This document shows, in pieces, positions 63,642 through 64,000 of a stretch of 64,000 nucleotides of DNA. The first letter of the stretch is position 1. The number at the start of each line of letters is the position of its first letter. The position numbers were made by a program, and so were the translations under genes. The stretch is from the human T2T-CHM13v2.0 reference genome, Homo sapiens. The stretch lies in NCBI RefSeq assembly GCF_009914755.1, contig NC_060926.1. One strand, written 5' to 3'. The notes beneath the pieces were generated by a model that had not been told where the DNA came from, made no database searches, and saw only the letters and a program-made list of their open reading frames with translations.

Positions 63642-64000
63642 AAATATGAATAAAGCCTTCAAGAAGTCTGGGATTATGTTAAATGACAAAAGCTAAGAAT
63701 AATCAGTGTTTCTAAAGAAGAAGAGAATTCTAAAAGCTTGGAAAACATATATGGGGGAATAATCGAGGAGAACTTCCCTGGCCTTGCGAGAGACCTATAC
63801 ATGCAAATACAAGAAGCACAAAGAATACCTGGGAAAATCATTGCAAAAAGATCTTTGCCTAGGCACACTGCCATCAGGTTATCCAAAGTTAACACAAGGA
63901 AAGAATCTTAAGAGCTGTGAGACAGAAGCACCAGGTAACCTTTAAAGGAAAATCTATCAGATTAACAGCAGATTTCTCAGCAAAAACACTACAAGCTAGA

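Overview
Primate DNA, almost certainly human because it carries two AluYb8 copies. It is intergenic or intronic and dominated by transposable elements, and I recognise no conventional protein-coding gene, tRNA, rRNA or CRISPR array. Main contents: a full-length young L1PA2-like LINE-1 (28368-34399, 16-bp TSD) nested in an older L1; a full-length old L1MA4-like element (40422-50464) containing a ~2.5-kb ENSA processed pseudogene, an Alu and an MST LTR; an L1PB 5' part holding an LTR12 solo LTR and a pristine AluYb8; a full-length HSMAR1 mariner; a twin-primed L1 fragment; a ~150-bp poly(A)-tailed mRNA-end retrocopy; and many Alu, MIR, LTR and DNA-transposon relics. The sequence does not demonstrate a new biological system. 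The best leads are: (i) the young L1 has lost its YY1 site but keeps an open ORF0 pointing at a nearby splice acceptor and a retrocopy-donated poly(A) signal; (ii) the ENSA retrocopy has gained a new ATG giving an ARPP-16-sized ORF downstream of an L1 promoter; (iii) an AluYb8 right arm is nested in register inside an older AluY. Subfamily names come from recalled consensus sequences, not an alignment run, and boundaries of old repeats are approximate.
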